From Eledone cirrhosa (taxonomy: Eukaryota): a DNA stretch of 64,000 nucleotides. The translations under genes and the position numbers were made by a program. The stretch lies in the NCBI GenBank assembly GCA_964016885.1, contig OZ024740.1, forward strand, positions 21,576,001 to 21,640,000, read 5' to 3'. Shown piece after piece: positions 14,713-27,668 of this stretch. The first letter of the stretch is position 1; each line of letters starts with the position of its first letter. The notes under the pieces were generated by a model that was not told where the DNA came from, made no database searches, and saw only the letters and a list, made by a program, of their open reading frames with translations.

Positions 14713-14950
14713 TGGGTGATGGGCTGTGGACCTACGGTAGTACGGTGTGGTGTGTGGAGGATGATGGGTGGTGGGCCGAGGGTGGTGTTGGTACGGTGTG
14801 GTGTGTAGAGAGGGTGAAGGGCTGTGGGCCTAGGCTGTTGTTCGTACGGTGTTTTGTGTGGAGAGGGTGATGGGCTGTGGTCCTAGGGTGGTATGGTGTG
14901 GTGTGTGGAGAGGGTGATGGGTTATTGGCCTAGGGTGATCTGGTGTGGTA
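14713..14950. repeat. Short degenerate G/T-rich tandem repeat (GGTGTGGTGTGTGGAGAGGGTGATGGGCTGTGG-like, about 4-5 copies)
   Basis: GGTGTGGTGTGT and GGGTGATGGGCTGTGG recur at roughly 45-50 bp spacing. Confidence 0.6.
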
Positions 14951-15313
14951 TCTGAGGCATTCCTTATTTACTATAGACTTCCGTTGACCCAAGCTTTGTG
15001 GATGAAAGTCGAGTAGACGGAGTCTGCATGTGTCAACCTGATTCTACCTGAGAATTACGTTCAGTATACATGTGCTTTTGGATTACTCAACCATTTAAAC
15101 ATGCGAAACTGGCGAAGATTCATATAGTTTTAAACTCCATCACAAGTTTAAATGTATTGACACTATGCACGTTCTTGTTGATTCCGTGTCTGTGTGTTTG
15201 TGTAAATGTAGGTGTGCGCGCGTGTGTGTGTGTATGTGTGTGTGTGTGTGTGTGTTATTTAGGCGGAAACGGGCGATTTGTTGCAAAATATCCTGTTGTT
15301 TTTTACAATGATG

Positions 15314-18300
15314 GTGTAGTAGTGTCATAAGTTGTAACAGACGTTGTAGTAGTGTCTTAAGTTGTAACAGACGTTGTAGTAGTGTATTAAGTTGTAACAG
15401 ACGTTGTAGTAGTGTCTTAAGTTGTAACAGATGTTGTAGTATTGTATTAAGTTGTAACAGGCGTTGTAGTAGTCGTGTCATAAGTTGTTACAGACGTTGT
15501 TGTAGTAATGTCTTAAGTTGTAACATACGTTGTAGTACTCGTGTATTAAGTTGTAACAGACGTTGTAGTAGTGTCTTAAGTTGTAACAGACGTTGTTGTA
15601 GTAGTGTATTAAGTTGGAACAGACGTTGTTGTAGTAGTGTCATAAGTTGTAACAGACGTCATTGTAGTAGTGTCTTAAGTTGTAACAGACGTTGTTGTAG
15701 TAGTGTCTTAAGTTGTAACAGACGTTGTAGTTGTCGTGTCTTAAGTTGTAACAGACGTTGTAGTAGTAATCTCATAAGTAGTAACAGACGTTGTAGTAGT
15801 CGTGTCATAAGTTGTAACAGACGTCGTTGTAGTAGTGTCTTAAGTTGTAAATGACGTTGTAGCAGTCGTGTCATAAGTTGTATCAGACGTCGTTGTAGTA
15901 GTGTCTTAAGTTGTAACAGACGTTGTAGCAGTCGTGTCATAAGTTGTAACAGACGTTGTTGTAGTAATGTCATAAGTTGTAACATACGTTGTTGTAGTAA
16001 TGTCATAAGTTGTAACAGACGTTGTTGTAGTAGTGTCTTAAGTTGTAACAAACGTTGTAGTAGTGGTGTCTTAAGTTGTAACAGACGTCGTTGTAGTATT
16101 GTCTTAAGTTGTAATAGACGTGGTAGTAGTCGTGTCTTAAGTTGTAACAGACGTTGTTGTAGTAATGTCATAAGTTGTAACAGACGTTGTAGTAGTAATC
16201 TCATAAGTTGTAAGAGACGTTGTTGTAGTAGTGTCTTAAGTTGTAACAGACGTTGTAGTAGTCGTGTCTTAAGTTGTAACAGACATTGTAGTAGTAATGT
16301 CATAAGTTATAACAGACGTTGTTGTAGTAGTGTCTTAAGTTGTAACAGACGTTGTAGTAGTGTCTTAAGTTGTAACATACGTTGTAGTAGTAATGTCATA
16401 AGTTTTAACAGACGTTGTTGTAGTAATGTCATAAGTTGTAACAGACGTTGTTGTAGTAGTGTCTTAAGTTGTAACAGACGTTGTAGTTGTCGTGTCTTAA
16501 GTTGTAACAGACGTTGTAGTAGTAATCTCATAAGTTGTAACAGACGTTGTAGCAGTGTCTTAAGTTGTAACAGACGTTGTAGTAGTAATGTCATAAGTTA
16601 TAATAGACGTTGTTGTAGTAGTGTCTTAAGTTGTAACACGTTGTTGTAGTAGTGTCTTAAGTTGTATCAGACGTTGTAGTAGTGTCTTAAGTTGTAACAT
16701 ACGTTGTAGTAGTAATGTCATAAGTTTTAACAGACGTCATTGTAGTAGTGTCTTAAGTTGTAACAGACGTTATAGTAGTGTCTTAAGTTGTAACAGACGT
16801 TGTAGTAGTAATGTCATAAGTTGTAACAGACGTCGTTGTAGTAATGTCATAAGTTGTAACATACGTTGTTGTAGTAATGTCATAAGTTATAACAGACGTT
16901 GTTGTAGTAGTGTCTTAAGTTGTAACAGACGTTGTAGTAGTCGTGTCTTAAGTTGTAACACATGTTGTAGTAGTCGTGTCATAAATTGTAACAGACGTTG
17001 TTGTAGTAATGTCATAAGTTGTAACAGACGTCGTTGTAGTAGTGTCTTAAGTTGTAACAGACGTTGCAGCAGTCGTGTCATAAGTTGTAACAGACGTTGT
17101 TGTAGTAATGTCATAAGTTGTAACAGACGTTGTTGTAGTAATGTCATAAGTTGTAACAGACGTTGTTGTAGTAGTGTCTTAAGTTGTAACAGACGTTGTA
17201 GTAGTCGTGTCTTAAGTTGTAACAGACGTCGTTGTAGTAGTGTCTTAAGTTGTAACAGACGTTGTAGTAGTCGTGTCATAAGTTGTAACAGTCGTCGTTG
17301 TAGTAGTGTCTTAAGTTGTAACAGACGTTGTAGTAGTCGTGTCATAAGTTATAACAGACGTTGTTGTAGTAGTGTCTTAAGTTGTAACAGACGTTGTAGT
17401 TGTCGTGTCTTAAGTTGTAACAGACGTTGTAGTAGTAATCTCATAAGTTGTAACAGACGTTGTAGTAGTGTCTTAAGTTGTAACAGACGTTGTAGTAGTA
17501 ATGTCATAAGTTGTAACAGACGTCGTTGTAGTAATTTCATAAGTTGTAACAGACGTCGTTGTAGTAGTGTCTTAAGTAGTAACAGACGTTGTAGTAGTCG
17601 TGTCATAAGTTGTAACAGACGTCGTTGTAGTAGTGTCTTAAGTTGTAAATGACGTTGTAGCAGTCGTGTCATAAGTTGTATCAGATGTCGTTGTAGTAGT
17701 GTCTTAAGTTGTAAGAGACGTTGTAGCAGTCGTGTCATAAGTTGTAACAGACGTTGTTGTAGTAATGTCATAAGTTGTAACATACGTTGTTGTAGTAATG
17801 TCATAAGTTATAACAGACGTTGTTGTAGTAGTGTCTTAAGTTGTAACAGACGTTGTAGTAGTCGTGTCTTAAGTTGTAACACATGTTGTAGTAGTCGTGT
17901 CATAAATTGTAACAGACGTTGTTGTAGTAATGTCATAAGTTGTAACAGACGTCGTTGTAGTAGTGTCTTAAGTTGTAACAGACGTTGCAGCAGTCGTGTC
18001 ATAAGTTGTAACAGACGTTGTTGTAGTAATGTCATAAGTTGTAACAGACGTTGTTGTAGTAATGTCATAAGTTGTAACAGACGTTGTTGTAGTAGTGTCT
18101 TAAGTTGTAACAGACGTTGTAGTAGTCGTATCTTAAGTTGTAACAGACGTCGTTGTAGTAGTGTCTTAAGTTGTAACAGACGTTGTAGTAGTCGTGTCAT
18201 AAGTTGTAACAGTCGTCGTTGTAGTAGTGTCTTAAGTTGTAACAGACGTTGTAGTAGTCGTGTCATAAGTTATAACAGACGTTGTTGTAGTAGTGTCTTA

Positions 18301-21300
18301 AGTTGTAACAGACGTTGTAGTTGTCGTGTCTTAAGTTGTAACAGACGTTGTAGTAGTAATCTCATAAGTTGTAACAGACGTTGTAGTAGTGTCTTAAGTT
18401 GTAACAGACGTTGTAGTAGTAATGTCATAAGTTGTAACAGACGTCGTTGTAGTAATTTCATAAGTTGTAACAGACGTCGTTGTAGTAGTGTCTTAAGTAG
18501 TAACAGACGTTGTAGTAGTCGTGTCATAAGTTGTAACAGACGTCGTTGTAGTAGTGTCTTAAGTTGTAAATGACGTTGTAGCAGTCGTGTCATAAGTTGT
18601 ATCAGATGTCGTTGTAGTAGTGTCTTAAGTTGTAAGAGACGTTGTAGCAGTCGTGTCATAAGTTGTAACAGACGTTGTTGTAGTAATGTCATAAGTTGTA
18701 ACATACGTTGTTGTAGTAATGTCATAAGTTGTAACAGACGTTGTTGTAGTATTATCTTAAGTTGTAACAAACGTTGTAGTAGTCGTGTCTTAAGTTGTAA
18801 CAGACGTCGTCGTAGTAGTGTCATAAGTTGTAACAGACGTTGTTGTAGTAATGTCATAAGTTGTAACAGACGTCGTTGTAGTATTGTCTTAAGTTGTAAT
18901 AGACGTGGTAGTAGTCGTGTCTTAAGTTGTAACAGATGTTGTAGTAGTCGTGTCATAAGTTGTAACAGACGTTGTTGTAGTAATGTCATAAGTTGTAACA
19001 GACGTCGTTGTAGTAGTGTCATAAGTCGTAACAGACGTTGTTGTAGTATTGTCTTAAGTTGTAACAGACGTTGTAGTAGTCATGTCTTAAGTTGTAACAG
19101 ACGTCGTTGTAGTAGTGTCATAAGTTGTAACAGACGTTGTAGTAGTCGTGTCTTAAGTTGTCACAGACGTCGTTGTAGTAGTGTCTTAAGTTGTAACAGA
19201 CGTGATTGTAGTAGTGTCTTAAGTTGTAACAGACGTTGTAGTAGTCGTGTCATAAGTTATAACAGACGTTGTTGTAGGAGTGTCTTAAGTTGTACCAGAC
19301 GTTGTAGTTGTCGTGTCATAAGTTGTAACAGACGTTGTTGTAGTAATGTCATAAGTTGTAACAGACGTTGTTGTAGTAGTGTCTTAAGTTGTAATAGACG
19401 TTGTAGTTGTCGTGTCTTAAGTTGTAACAGACGTTGTAGTAGTAATCTCATAAGTTGTAACAGACGTTGTAGCAGTGTCTTAAGTTGTAACAGACGTTGT
19501 AGTAGTAATGTCATAAGTTATAATAGACGTTGTTGTAGTAGTGTCTTAAGTTGTGACACGTTGTTGTAGTAATGTCATAAGTGTTAACAGACGTCGTTGT
19601 AGTAGTGTCTTAAGTTGTAACAGACGTTGTAGTAGTCGTGTCATAAGTTGTAACAGACGTTGTTGTAGTAATGCCATAAGTTGTAACAGACGTCGTTGTA
19701 GTAGTGTCTTAAGTTGTAACAGACGTTGTAGTAGTGTCTTAAGTTGTAACAGACGTTGTAGTAGTAATGTCATAAGTTGTAACAGACGTCGTTGTAGTAA
19801 TGTCATAAGTTGTAACAGACGTCGTTGTAGTAGTGTCTTAAGTTGTAAATGACGTTGTAGCAGTCGTGTCATAAGTTGTAACAGACGTTGTTGTAGTAAT
19901 GTCATAAGTTGTAACATACGTTGTTGTAGTAATGTCATAAGTTGTAACAGACGTTGTTGTAGTAGTGTCTTAAGTTGTAACAAACGTTGTAGTAGTCGTG
20001 TCTTAAGTTGTAACAGACGTCGTTGTCGTATTGTCTTAAGTTGTAATAGACGTGGTAGTAGTTGTGTCTTAAGTTGTAACAGACGTTGTTGTAGTAATGT
20101 CATAAGTTGTAACAGACGTTGTTGTAGTAATGTCATAAGTTGTAAGAGACGTTGTTGTAGTAGTGTCTTAAGTTGTAACAGACGTTGTAGTAGTCGTGTC
20201 TTAAGTTGTAACAGACGTTGTTGTAGTAATGTCATAAGTTGTAACAGACGTTGTTGTAGTAATGTCATAAGTTGTAACAGACGTTGTTGTAGTAATGTCA
20301 TAAGTTGTAAGACACGTTGTTGTAGTAGTGTCTTAAGTTGTAACAGACGTTGTAGTTGTCGTGTCTTAAGTTGTAACAGACGTTGTAGTAGTAATCTCAT
20401 AAGTTGTAACAGACGTTGTTGTAGTGTCTTAAGTTGTAACAGACATTATAGTAGTAATGTCATAAGTTATAACAGACGTTGTTGTAGTAGTGTCTTAAGT
20501 TGTAACACCTTGTTGTAGTAGTGTCTTAAGTTGTAACACCTTGTTGTTGTAGTGTCTTAAGTTGTAACAGACGTTGTAGTTGTCGTGTCATAAGTTGTAA
20601 CAGACCTTGTTGTAGTAATGTCATAAGTTGTAACAGACGTTGTTGTAGTAGTGTCTTAAGTTGTAACAGACGTTGTAGTTGTCGTGTCTTAAGTTGTAAC
20701 AGACGTTGTAGTAGTAATCTCATAAGTTGTAACAGACGTTGTATCAGTGTCTTAAGTTGTAACAGACGTTGTAGTAGTAATGTCATAAGTTATAATAGAC
20801 GTTGTTGTAGTAGTGTCTTAAGTTGTAACACGTTGTTGTAGTAGTGTCTTAAGTTGTAACAGACGTTGTAGTAGTGTCTTAAGTTGTAACATACGTTGTA
20901 GTAGTAATGTCATAAGTTTTAACAGACGTCGTTGTAGTAGTGTCTTAAGTTGTAACAGACGTTGTAGTAGTCGTGTCATAAGTTGTAACAGACGTTGTTG
21001 TAGTAATGCCATAAGTTGTAACAGACGTCGTTGTAGTAGTGTCTTAAGTTGTAACAGACGTTGTAGTAGTGTCTTAAGTTGTAACAGACGTTGTAGTAGT
21101 AATGTCATAAGGTGTAACAGACGTCGTTGTAGTAATGTCATAAGTTGTAACAGACGTCGTTGTAGTAGTGTCTTAAGTTGTAAATGACGTTGTAGCAGTC
21201 GTGTCATAAGTTGTAACAGACATTGTTGTAGTAATGTCATAAGTTGTAACATACGTTGTTGTAGTAATGTCATAAGTTGTAACAGACGTTGTTGTAGTAG

Positions 21301-23137
21301 TGTCTTAAGTTGTAACAGACGTTGTAGTAGTCGTGTCTTAAGTTGTAACAGATGTTGTAGTAGTCGTGTCATAAATTGTAACAGACGTTGTTGTAGTAAT
21401 GTCATAAGTTGTAACAGACGTTGTTGTAGTAGTGTCTTAAGTTGTAACAGACGTTGTAGCAGTCGTATCATAAGTTGTAACAGACGTTGTTGTAGTAATG
21501 TCATAAGTTGTAACAGACGTTGTTGTAGTAGTGTCTTAAGTTGTAACAGACGTTGTAGTAGTCGTGTCTTAAGTTGTAACAGACGTCGTTGTAGTAGTGT
21601 CTTAAGTTGTAACAGACGTTGTAGTAGTCGTGTCATAAGTTGTAACAGTCGTCGTTGTAGTAGTGTCTTAAGTTGTAACAGACGTTGTAGTAGTCGTGTC
21701 ATAAGTTATAACAGACGTTGTTGTAGTAGTGTCTTAAGTTGTAACAGACGTTGTAGTTGTCGTGTCTTAAGTTGTAACAGACGTTGTAGTAGTAATCTCA
21801 TAAGTTGTAACAGACGTTGTAGTAGTGTCTTAAGTTGTAACAGACGTTGTAGTAGTAATGTCATAAGTTTTAACAGACGTCGTTGTAGTCGTGTCTTAAG
21901 TTGTAACAGACGTTGTAGTAGTCGTGTCATAAGTTGTAACAGACGTTGTTGTAGTAATGCCATAAGTTGTAACAGACGTCGTTTTAGTAGTGTCTTAAGT
22001 TGTAACAGACGTTGTAGTAGTCGTGTCATAAGTTGTAAAAGACGTGGTTGTAGTAGTGTCTTAAGTTGTAACAGACGTTGTAGTAGTCGTGTCATAAGTT
22101 GTAACAGACGTTGTAGTAGTAATCTCATAATTTGTAACAGACGTTGTAGTAGTATCTTAAGTTGTAACAGACGTTGTAGTAGTAATGTCATAAGTTATAA
22201 CAGACGTTGTTGTAGTAGTGTCTTAAGTTGTAACACGTTGTTGTAGTAGTGTCTTAAGTTGTAACAGACGTTGTAGTAGTGTCTTAAGTTGTAACAGACG
22301 TTGTAGTAGTAATGTCATAAGTTTTAACAGACGTCGTTGTAGTAGTGTCTTAAGTTGTAACAGACGTTGTAGTACTCGTGTCATAAGTTGTAAAAGACGT
22401 CGTTGTAGTAGTGTCTTAAGTTGTAACAGACGTTGTAGTAGTCGTGTCATAAGTTGTAACAGACGTTGTAGTAGTAATGTCATAAGTTGCAACAGACGTT
22501 CTAGTAGTGTCTTAAGTTGTAACAGACGTTGAAGTAGTAATGTAATAAGTTGTAACAGACGTTGTTGTAGTAGTGTCTTAAGTTGTAACAGACGACGTTG
22601 TAGTAGTGTTTTAAGTTGTAACAGACATTGTTGTAATAGTGTCATAAGTTGTAACAGACGTCGTTGTAGTAGTGTCTTAAGTTGTAACAGACGTTGTTGT
22701 AATAGTGTCTTAAGTTGTAACAGACATTGTTGTAATAGTATCTTAAGTTGTAACAGACGTTGTAGTCGTGTCATAAGTTGTAACAGACGTTGTAATAGTA
22801 TCTTAAGTTGTAACAGACGTTGTAGTCGTGTCATAAGTTGTAACAGACATTGTTGTAATAGTATCTCAAGTTGTAACAGGCATTGTAGTCGTGTCATAAG
22901 TTGTAACAGACATTGTTGTAATAGTATCTCAAGTTGTAACAGGCGTTGTACTCGTGTCATAAGTTGTAACAGACGTTGTAATAGTATCTTAAGTTGTAAC
23001 AGACGTTGTAGTCGTGTCATAAGTTGTAACAGACATTGTTGTAATAGTATCTCAAGTTGTAACAGGCGTTGTAGTCGTGTCATAAGTTGTAACAGACATT
23101 GTTGTAATATTATCTTAAGTTGTAACAGACGTCGTTG
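15314..23137. repeat. 30/33-bp minisatellite (TAAGTTGTAACAGACGTTGTAGTAGTGTCT +/- one triplet) with a 921-bp higher-order duplication
   Basis: Unit read directly. The ORF-track blocks 16887-17345 and 17808-18266 are near-identical at an offset of 921 bp. Confidence 0.97.
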
Positions 23138-23609
23138 TTTCCGATAGGAGACGATGTGTTGAAACATATATTGTTATATTTGGGAGCGTCATGTAGTCCT
23201 AATATTGCAAAAAATAGTAAAACACACTCACTGTTTGGTTTGGTTTTCACTTCAGTTTTATTTAACTCGCAATCAATGTTTATCATTGATTGACCAACAA
23301 CTTAAAATATAAATATAATTTATGAAAGTTCTTTATTATTTTGGGGACAATATTAGGACATGGCCCTCCCAAAATATAACAATATCTATATACAACCTTT
23401 AGTTAATAGTTGTAAAGCAGCAGTATTTTTAAAGCAGTTCTAATTAATTATAATTTATTATAATCAGTTAACAACTGGGGAATATTTTCAACGTGTTGGT
23501 AACCCGGTTTACATGCTGTGTCAGGAAACATGGTATTTAGATTAAACGTTAGAAACTAGAGCTATATTGCGTGATCTTTTGTGTAAATAAAGTATTTATA
23601 TACAGTTTA

Positions 23610-24065
23610 AAGGTGGGGAATTGGTAGAGGCGTTAGAATGCTAGAATGATTTGAGTTATTCGTTACTGCTCTCTGCTCGCTGAGTTCAAATCACGCCAAG
23701 ATCAACTTTGCCTTTCATCCATTCTAGGTAAATGAAAAGTACCAGTCAAATACTGGGGTTGATTCTTCCTCTATATCTCTTGCTCATTTCCATTCTCTTA
23801 TTCTCTATGTTCTTCTCTGGAAGAAAACAGCTGATTTCAGAGCTGGCGAGGAGATGGGCTCTGTCAGATATTAAACTGCCCTAGAATCGTTGTATGTTAA
23901 TATGGCACCTTTACCCTCAGGAGTTACAGAACCATAAAGGCGGTGTATTTACAGAATCGTTAGAAGGTCAGATAGAATCATTTGAAGTAGTCTTTATGGT
24001 ACAACTTTGCCTTTCATTTTTTCGATGTCGATAAACATGGTACCAGTTTAGTATTGTGTTCGATT
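23610..24065 (+). mobile_element. Two degenerate tRNA-derived SINE copies (octopus-type family)
   Basis: B-box-like GAGTTCAAATC, followed by the family core AACTTTGCCTTTCATCC...AAAAGTACCAGT...TACTGGGG that recurs many times in the window. Confidence 0.65.
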
Positions 24066-24384
24066 CTTTTTCCATATCTCTTTCTTATTTCCTACCTATC
24101 ACTCTTTTTCTCTCTCGTTCTCTGGAAGAGGTCGAACTTGCCTTCCACCCCGTATTAGAGCCGATTCTTCTTCCACCTCTTTCTCTCTTTCTCCTTCTTT
24201 GGAAGAAATCGGTTGTGTTCAGACCTGGAAAAAGATGGACACCATAACGTTTTTTTAAAACGTATGTCACTGCGGTGCCCCAATGATGTCACCACCGGTT
24301 CATACATACATACAGTTTATTATGTATTTTTAGCACGTGCGCAACCGATGTTGTTAACATTTTAAGTTTCACAACAATTAAGTA

Positions 24385-27300
24385 CAAGAATTGCAGGAGC
24401 TGGTGCAGTAATGCATCAGTTTCAGCATTTAGTAATCAGAAAAATGGAAGTAGGTGTAAAAGCCAAACTTGCTATCTTGAATTCGATATTCGTGCCAACC
24501 CTTACTTGGACATTCACCCTGGACGGGTTGAGCTGGCTTCTTCCCTTGTCCTGACGGCATCCCGAACCATGGCAGCCCATGCACGACGGTCCCGGGCTAG
24601 GTCACTGGAGATAGCGAGCCAGTCGGTTCCATCGGCGCAGGCTGACCACCTGCGGACCTGAGAGTTCGGAGAGGTCCTTCTTGATCGTCGTTGCCCAGGT
24701 CTTCAGCTGCCCGCCAACGTGCTTGCTCCAGTTAGGGAGTGGAGGTGGGAGGAGAACATCGCGGATTAGCTCACCTTCAGGGTGCCGGGCTGCGTGACCA
24801 AACCATCTCAAGCACCGTTGCAGAAGCACTGAAGGAAGGGGTCGAAGATTCAAGGCGAAGACGAAGACTGGTGGTAGGTACCCGATCAATGCGTCGACAG
24901 CGAATAATGCGGCGGAGACAGTCATTGTCGAAGACCTCCATACCCCGTTGATCGACTACCCTCATAGGCCATGTTTCACAGCCATAGAGGAAGATAGTGC
25001 GAACGACGGCTTGGTAGATTCGCCCTTTGGTCGCCGAGGTGATCTCTCTTCTGTCCCACAGACACCGCTGGAGGCGCCCAAAAGCGGATCTGACAGCACC
25101 TATGCGACGCTTGACCTCGGCTGCGCCCTGCCCCGTTGGAACCACTGTTGAGCCCAGGTAAACGAAGGACTCCACATCCTCCAGGTCCACGCCCTCGAGA
25201 AGTATTGGCTGCCAGGCATCAGGCGAGATCAGTGACGTCATGACTTTCGACTTGGCGGCATTGATTCGTAGACCAACAGCGGCGGCTGCAGTGTGCACCC
25301 TTTCCAGAGCACCCTTTACATCTGTCCCGCTAGCGCCCATCAGCACGATATCATCCGTGTAGGCCAGGTCTGTCACCACGACCCCTCTCCCGACCTCTAC
25401 GCCCGGGTAATCCCGGAGCGCTGTGTTGAGAGTGTAGTCAATGGCATAGTTAAAGAGAGTTGGCGATAGCGTATACCCCTGCCGAACACCGGTCCCAACA
25501 TCGAACGACTCCGTCTCCCCACCATAGACCCTCACTCGAGCCGGAGTCGACCGGTAGTAGCCTTGTATGAGACGAAGCAGCTTCACTGGGATGCCGTCCG
25601 CCTGCATTATACGCCATAGGGCTTCCCGATCTATCGAGTCTAAGGCAGCTGCAAAGTCGATGAAGCAAAGGACGGTAGGCTGTTGATGTGCCCACCGTTG
25701 TTCCAGGACATGCCGGAGAATGAAGATTTGATCAACGCACCCCCTCCCCGGACGGAAGCCGCCCCGAGAAGGACCGGTACGGACATCACGGATGGCCTGG
25801 AACCTCTTCAGCAGAAAAATTACGAAGGTTTTGGCAGCAACGTCAATTAAACTGATACACCTGTAGCTGGAACACAGTTTCCTGTCGCCTTTTTTGAAGA
25901 AGGGTAGGAGAGTTGCCTCGCTCCAGTCACCAGGGAACCGCTCCGTGGCCCACACCAAGAAGAAGACTCGATGGAGCCAAGCTGCGAAGACATCAGGCTC
26001 GGCCTTGTAGACCTCAGCTGGAACGCCATCTTCGCCCGGCGCTTTGTTGTTCCGGAGATGTGTCAGGACACCACGTACCTCCTCGACCGTTGGACGGGCA
26101 GTGCTCCACCCGTATTCTTCTCCAGAAGGCTGCACGTAGGTTGGCGTGGGTGGTGGCGGGTGGTTGAGCAGCTCGGAGAAATCGTCCCGCCATCGGACTA
26201 GCCGGTCATTAAGATTGGTAATGACCGCCCCGTTCCGATCACGGATCGTCTCGCTGATACCCGTACTGCTTTGGCTGGCCCGCTACACCAGCTAGTAGAG
26301 CTTGCGCGAGTCACCACAGGCTGCTGCCCTCTCCGTCTGCTCCGCAAATTTGCGCCAGTGTGCATTCCGTTCGGCCCGAATATCCCGAGATGTGCGACGT
26401 CGGAGATCTCGAAGATTGGGTGCACCCTCGAGTCGAGCCACTCTCGCCATCTCCGCGAGTTCAAGAGTGCCGCCGGAGATCCAGTCCCGATGGCGTCTTT
26501 GGATCGACCCGAGATGCTCTCTGGCCACCTCAACCGTCGCCGCCCTGAGCGCGTTCCACTCCTGCTCCGGTTGCTGTTCCACTTCGTTACTGAGCAATTG
26601 GAATCGGTTTCGCAGCTCTAGCTGGAAAGCATTTCCAGCATCGAGCTTGAGTCGCGAGATGTCGATCCTTTTCTGGCGGTTGGGAGGAGGTTTCGCCTGC
26701 AACCGCAGACGAAGGGTTACTCGAACAAGAGCATGGTCTGACCCATGCTCACTATCCGTATCAGCCCCCCGATGCGCATGCGAGTCGATCACTGAGCTGG
26801 CCCACCGAGAGCTGACCTGGATGTAGTCAATCTGATTGGCCGTTCTTCCGTCATTGGATCGCCACATGATGAGGTGACGCCGAGGATGTTGGAACCGAGT
26901 GTTGGTGACGATGAGAAGATTGGCATCCACGAAGGACACGAGCCATTCACCATTGTTACAGCGTACGCCTAGGGCGAAGCGTCCTAGAATATGCCGTGTT
27001 GTATCATCAGCCGGATCCGTCCGCGCATTTCAGTCCCCAACGACAATGAGAGTCAACCCTTACCTATGGTCATGAATCTTTGGTAATGAATGAAAGAATG
27101 CGATCGCAAATACAATCGGCCGAAATGAGGTTCCTCCGAAGGGTCTTTGGGGTAACGTTTCTCGATAGAGAAGTGCGTAGCTCGAAGATCAGAGAGTCGC
27201 TTCGTGTAGGACCGCTACTTCTCTAAATTGAACTATCACAGTTCCAATACTGTGGGCATGTGGGTAGAATATCTCTTGAAAGAATCGTTGGACAGATTTT

Positions 27301-27500
27301 ACGAGCAAAACGAGCTGGCAAGAGACCCAGGAGTAGATCCCGTGCAAGGTATTTGGATAACATCCATGAGCTTGGTTTGTCAGGCTTGGGGATCCAGCTG
27401 GATCAGTTGGGGGGCGGTTGTTTCTGAGAGGACCCGCTGGAAGTAGTGTTTGAGGACTCTGCTCCACCGACTCTCTCAGCAATAAGTTGGCAAAGAAGAG
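24385..27500 (+). mobile_element. Older RTE-clade (Rex3/Expander-like) LINE 3' fragment, split by a nested LINE (host parts about 24385-24505 and 27054-27500)
   Basis: The left part reads RIAGAGAVMHQFQHLVIRKMEVGVKAKLAILNSIFVPTLT and the right part resumes TLTYGHESLVMNERMRSQIQSAEMRFLRR, resembling the RTE/Rex3 post-RT region. Related 3' ends lie at 38950-39100 and 47830-48150. Confidence 0.8.
24506..27053 (-). mobile_element. 5'-truncated RTE-clade LINE (APE endonuclease C-terminal half + reverse transcriptase), slightly decayed, TSD CAACCCTTAC
   Basis: ORF 26292-26939 has APE motifs (WRSNDGRTANQIDYI, SDHAL). ORF 24777-26135 has RT motifs (KAPGEDG, GFRPGRGCVDQIF, FIDFAAALDSIDR, GVRQGYTLSPTLFN, LAYTDD, YLGS). 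CAACCCTTAC is duplicated at 24496-24505 and 27054-27063. Confidence 0.95.
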
Positions 27501-27668
27501 GTTTTACAATAATTTTATAAACAGCCTGTATTTCTCTCCCTAATGAAATCTACAAATATTTCTGGAACTTTCAAGTTTAGTTTTAATGTGAAAATATGTT
27601 TGCATTTCATTTTGGAAAGCCGCCAAAAAGGAAAAGCAAATATTTTTTCAAATTTCAAATTTCCCTAA

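Noticed and set aside
15314-23137. Mucin-like Thr-rich or leucine-zipper-like protein gene; CRISPR-like array
   Set aside because: The Thr frame has frequent TAA stops, the Leu/Gln frame breaks repeatedly, and there are no unique spacers or cas genes in this eukaryotic context.
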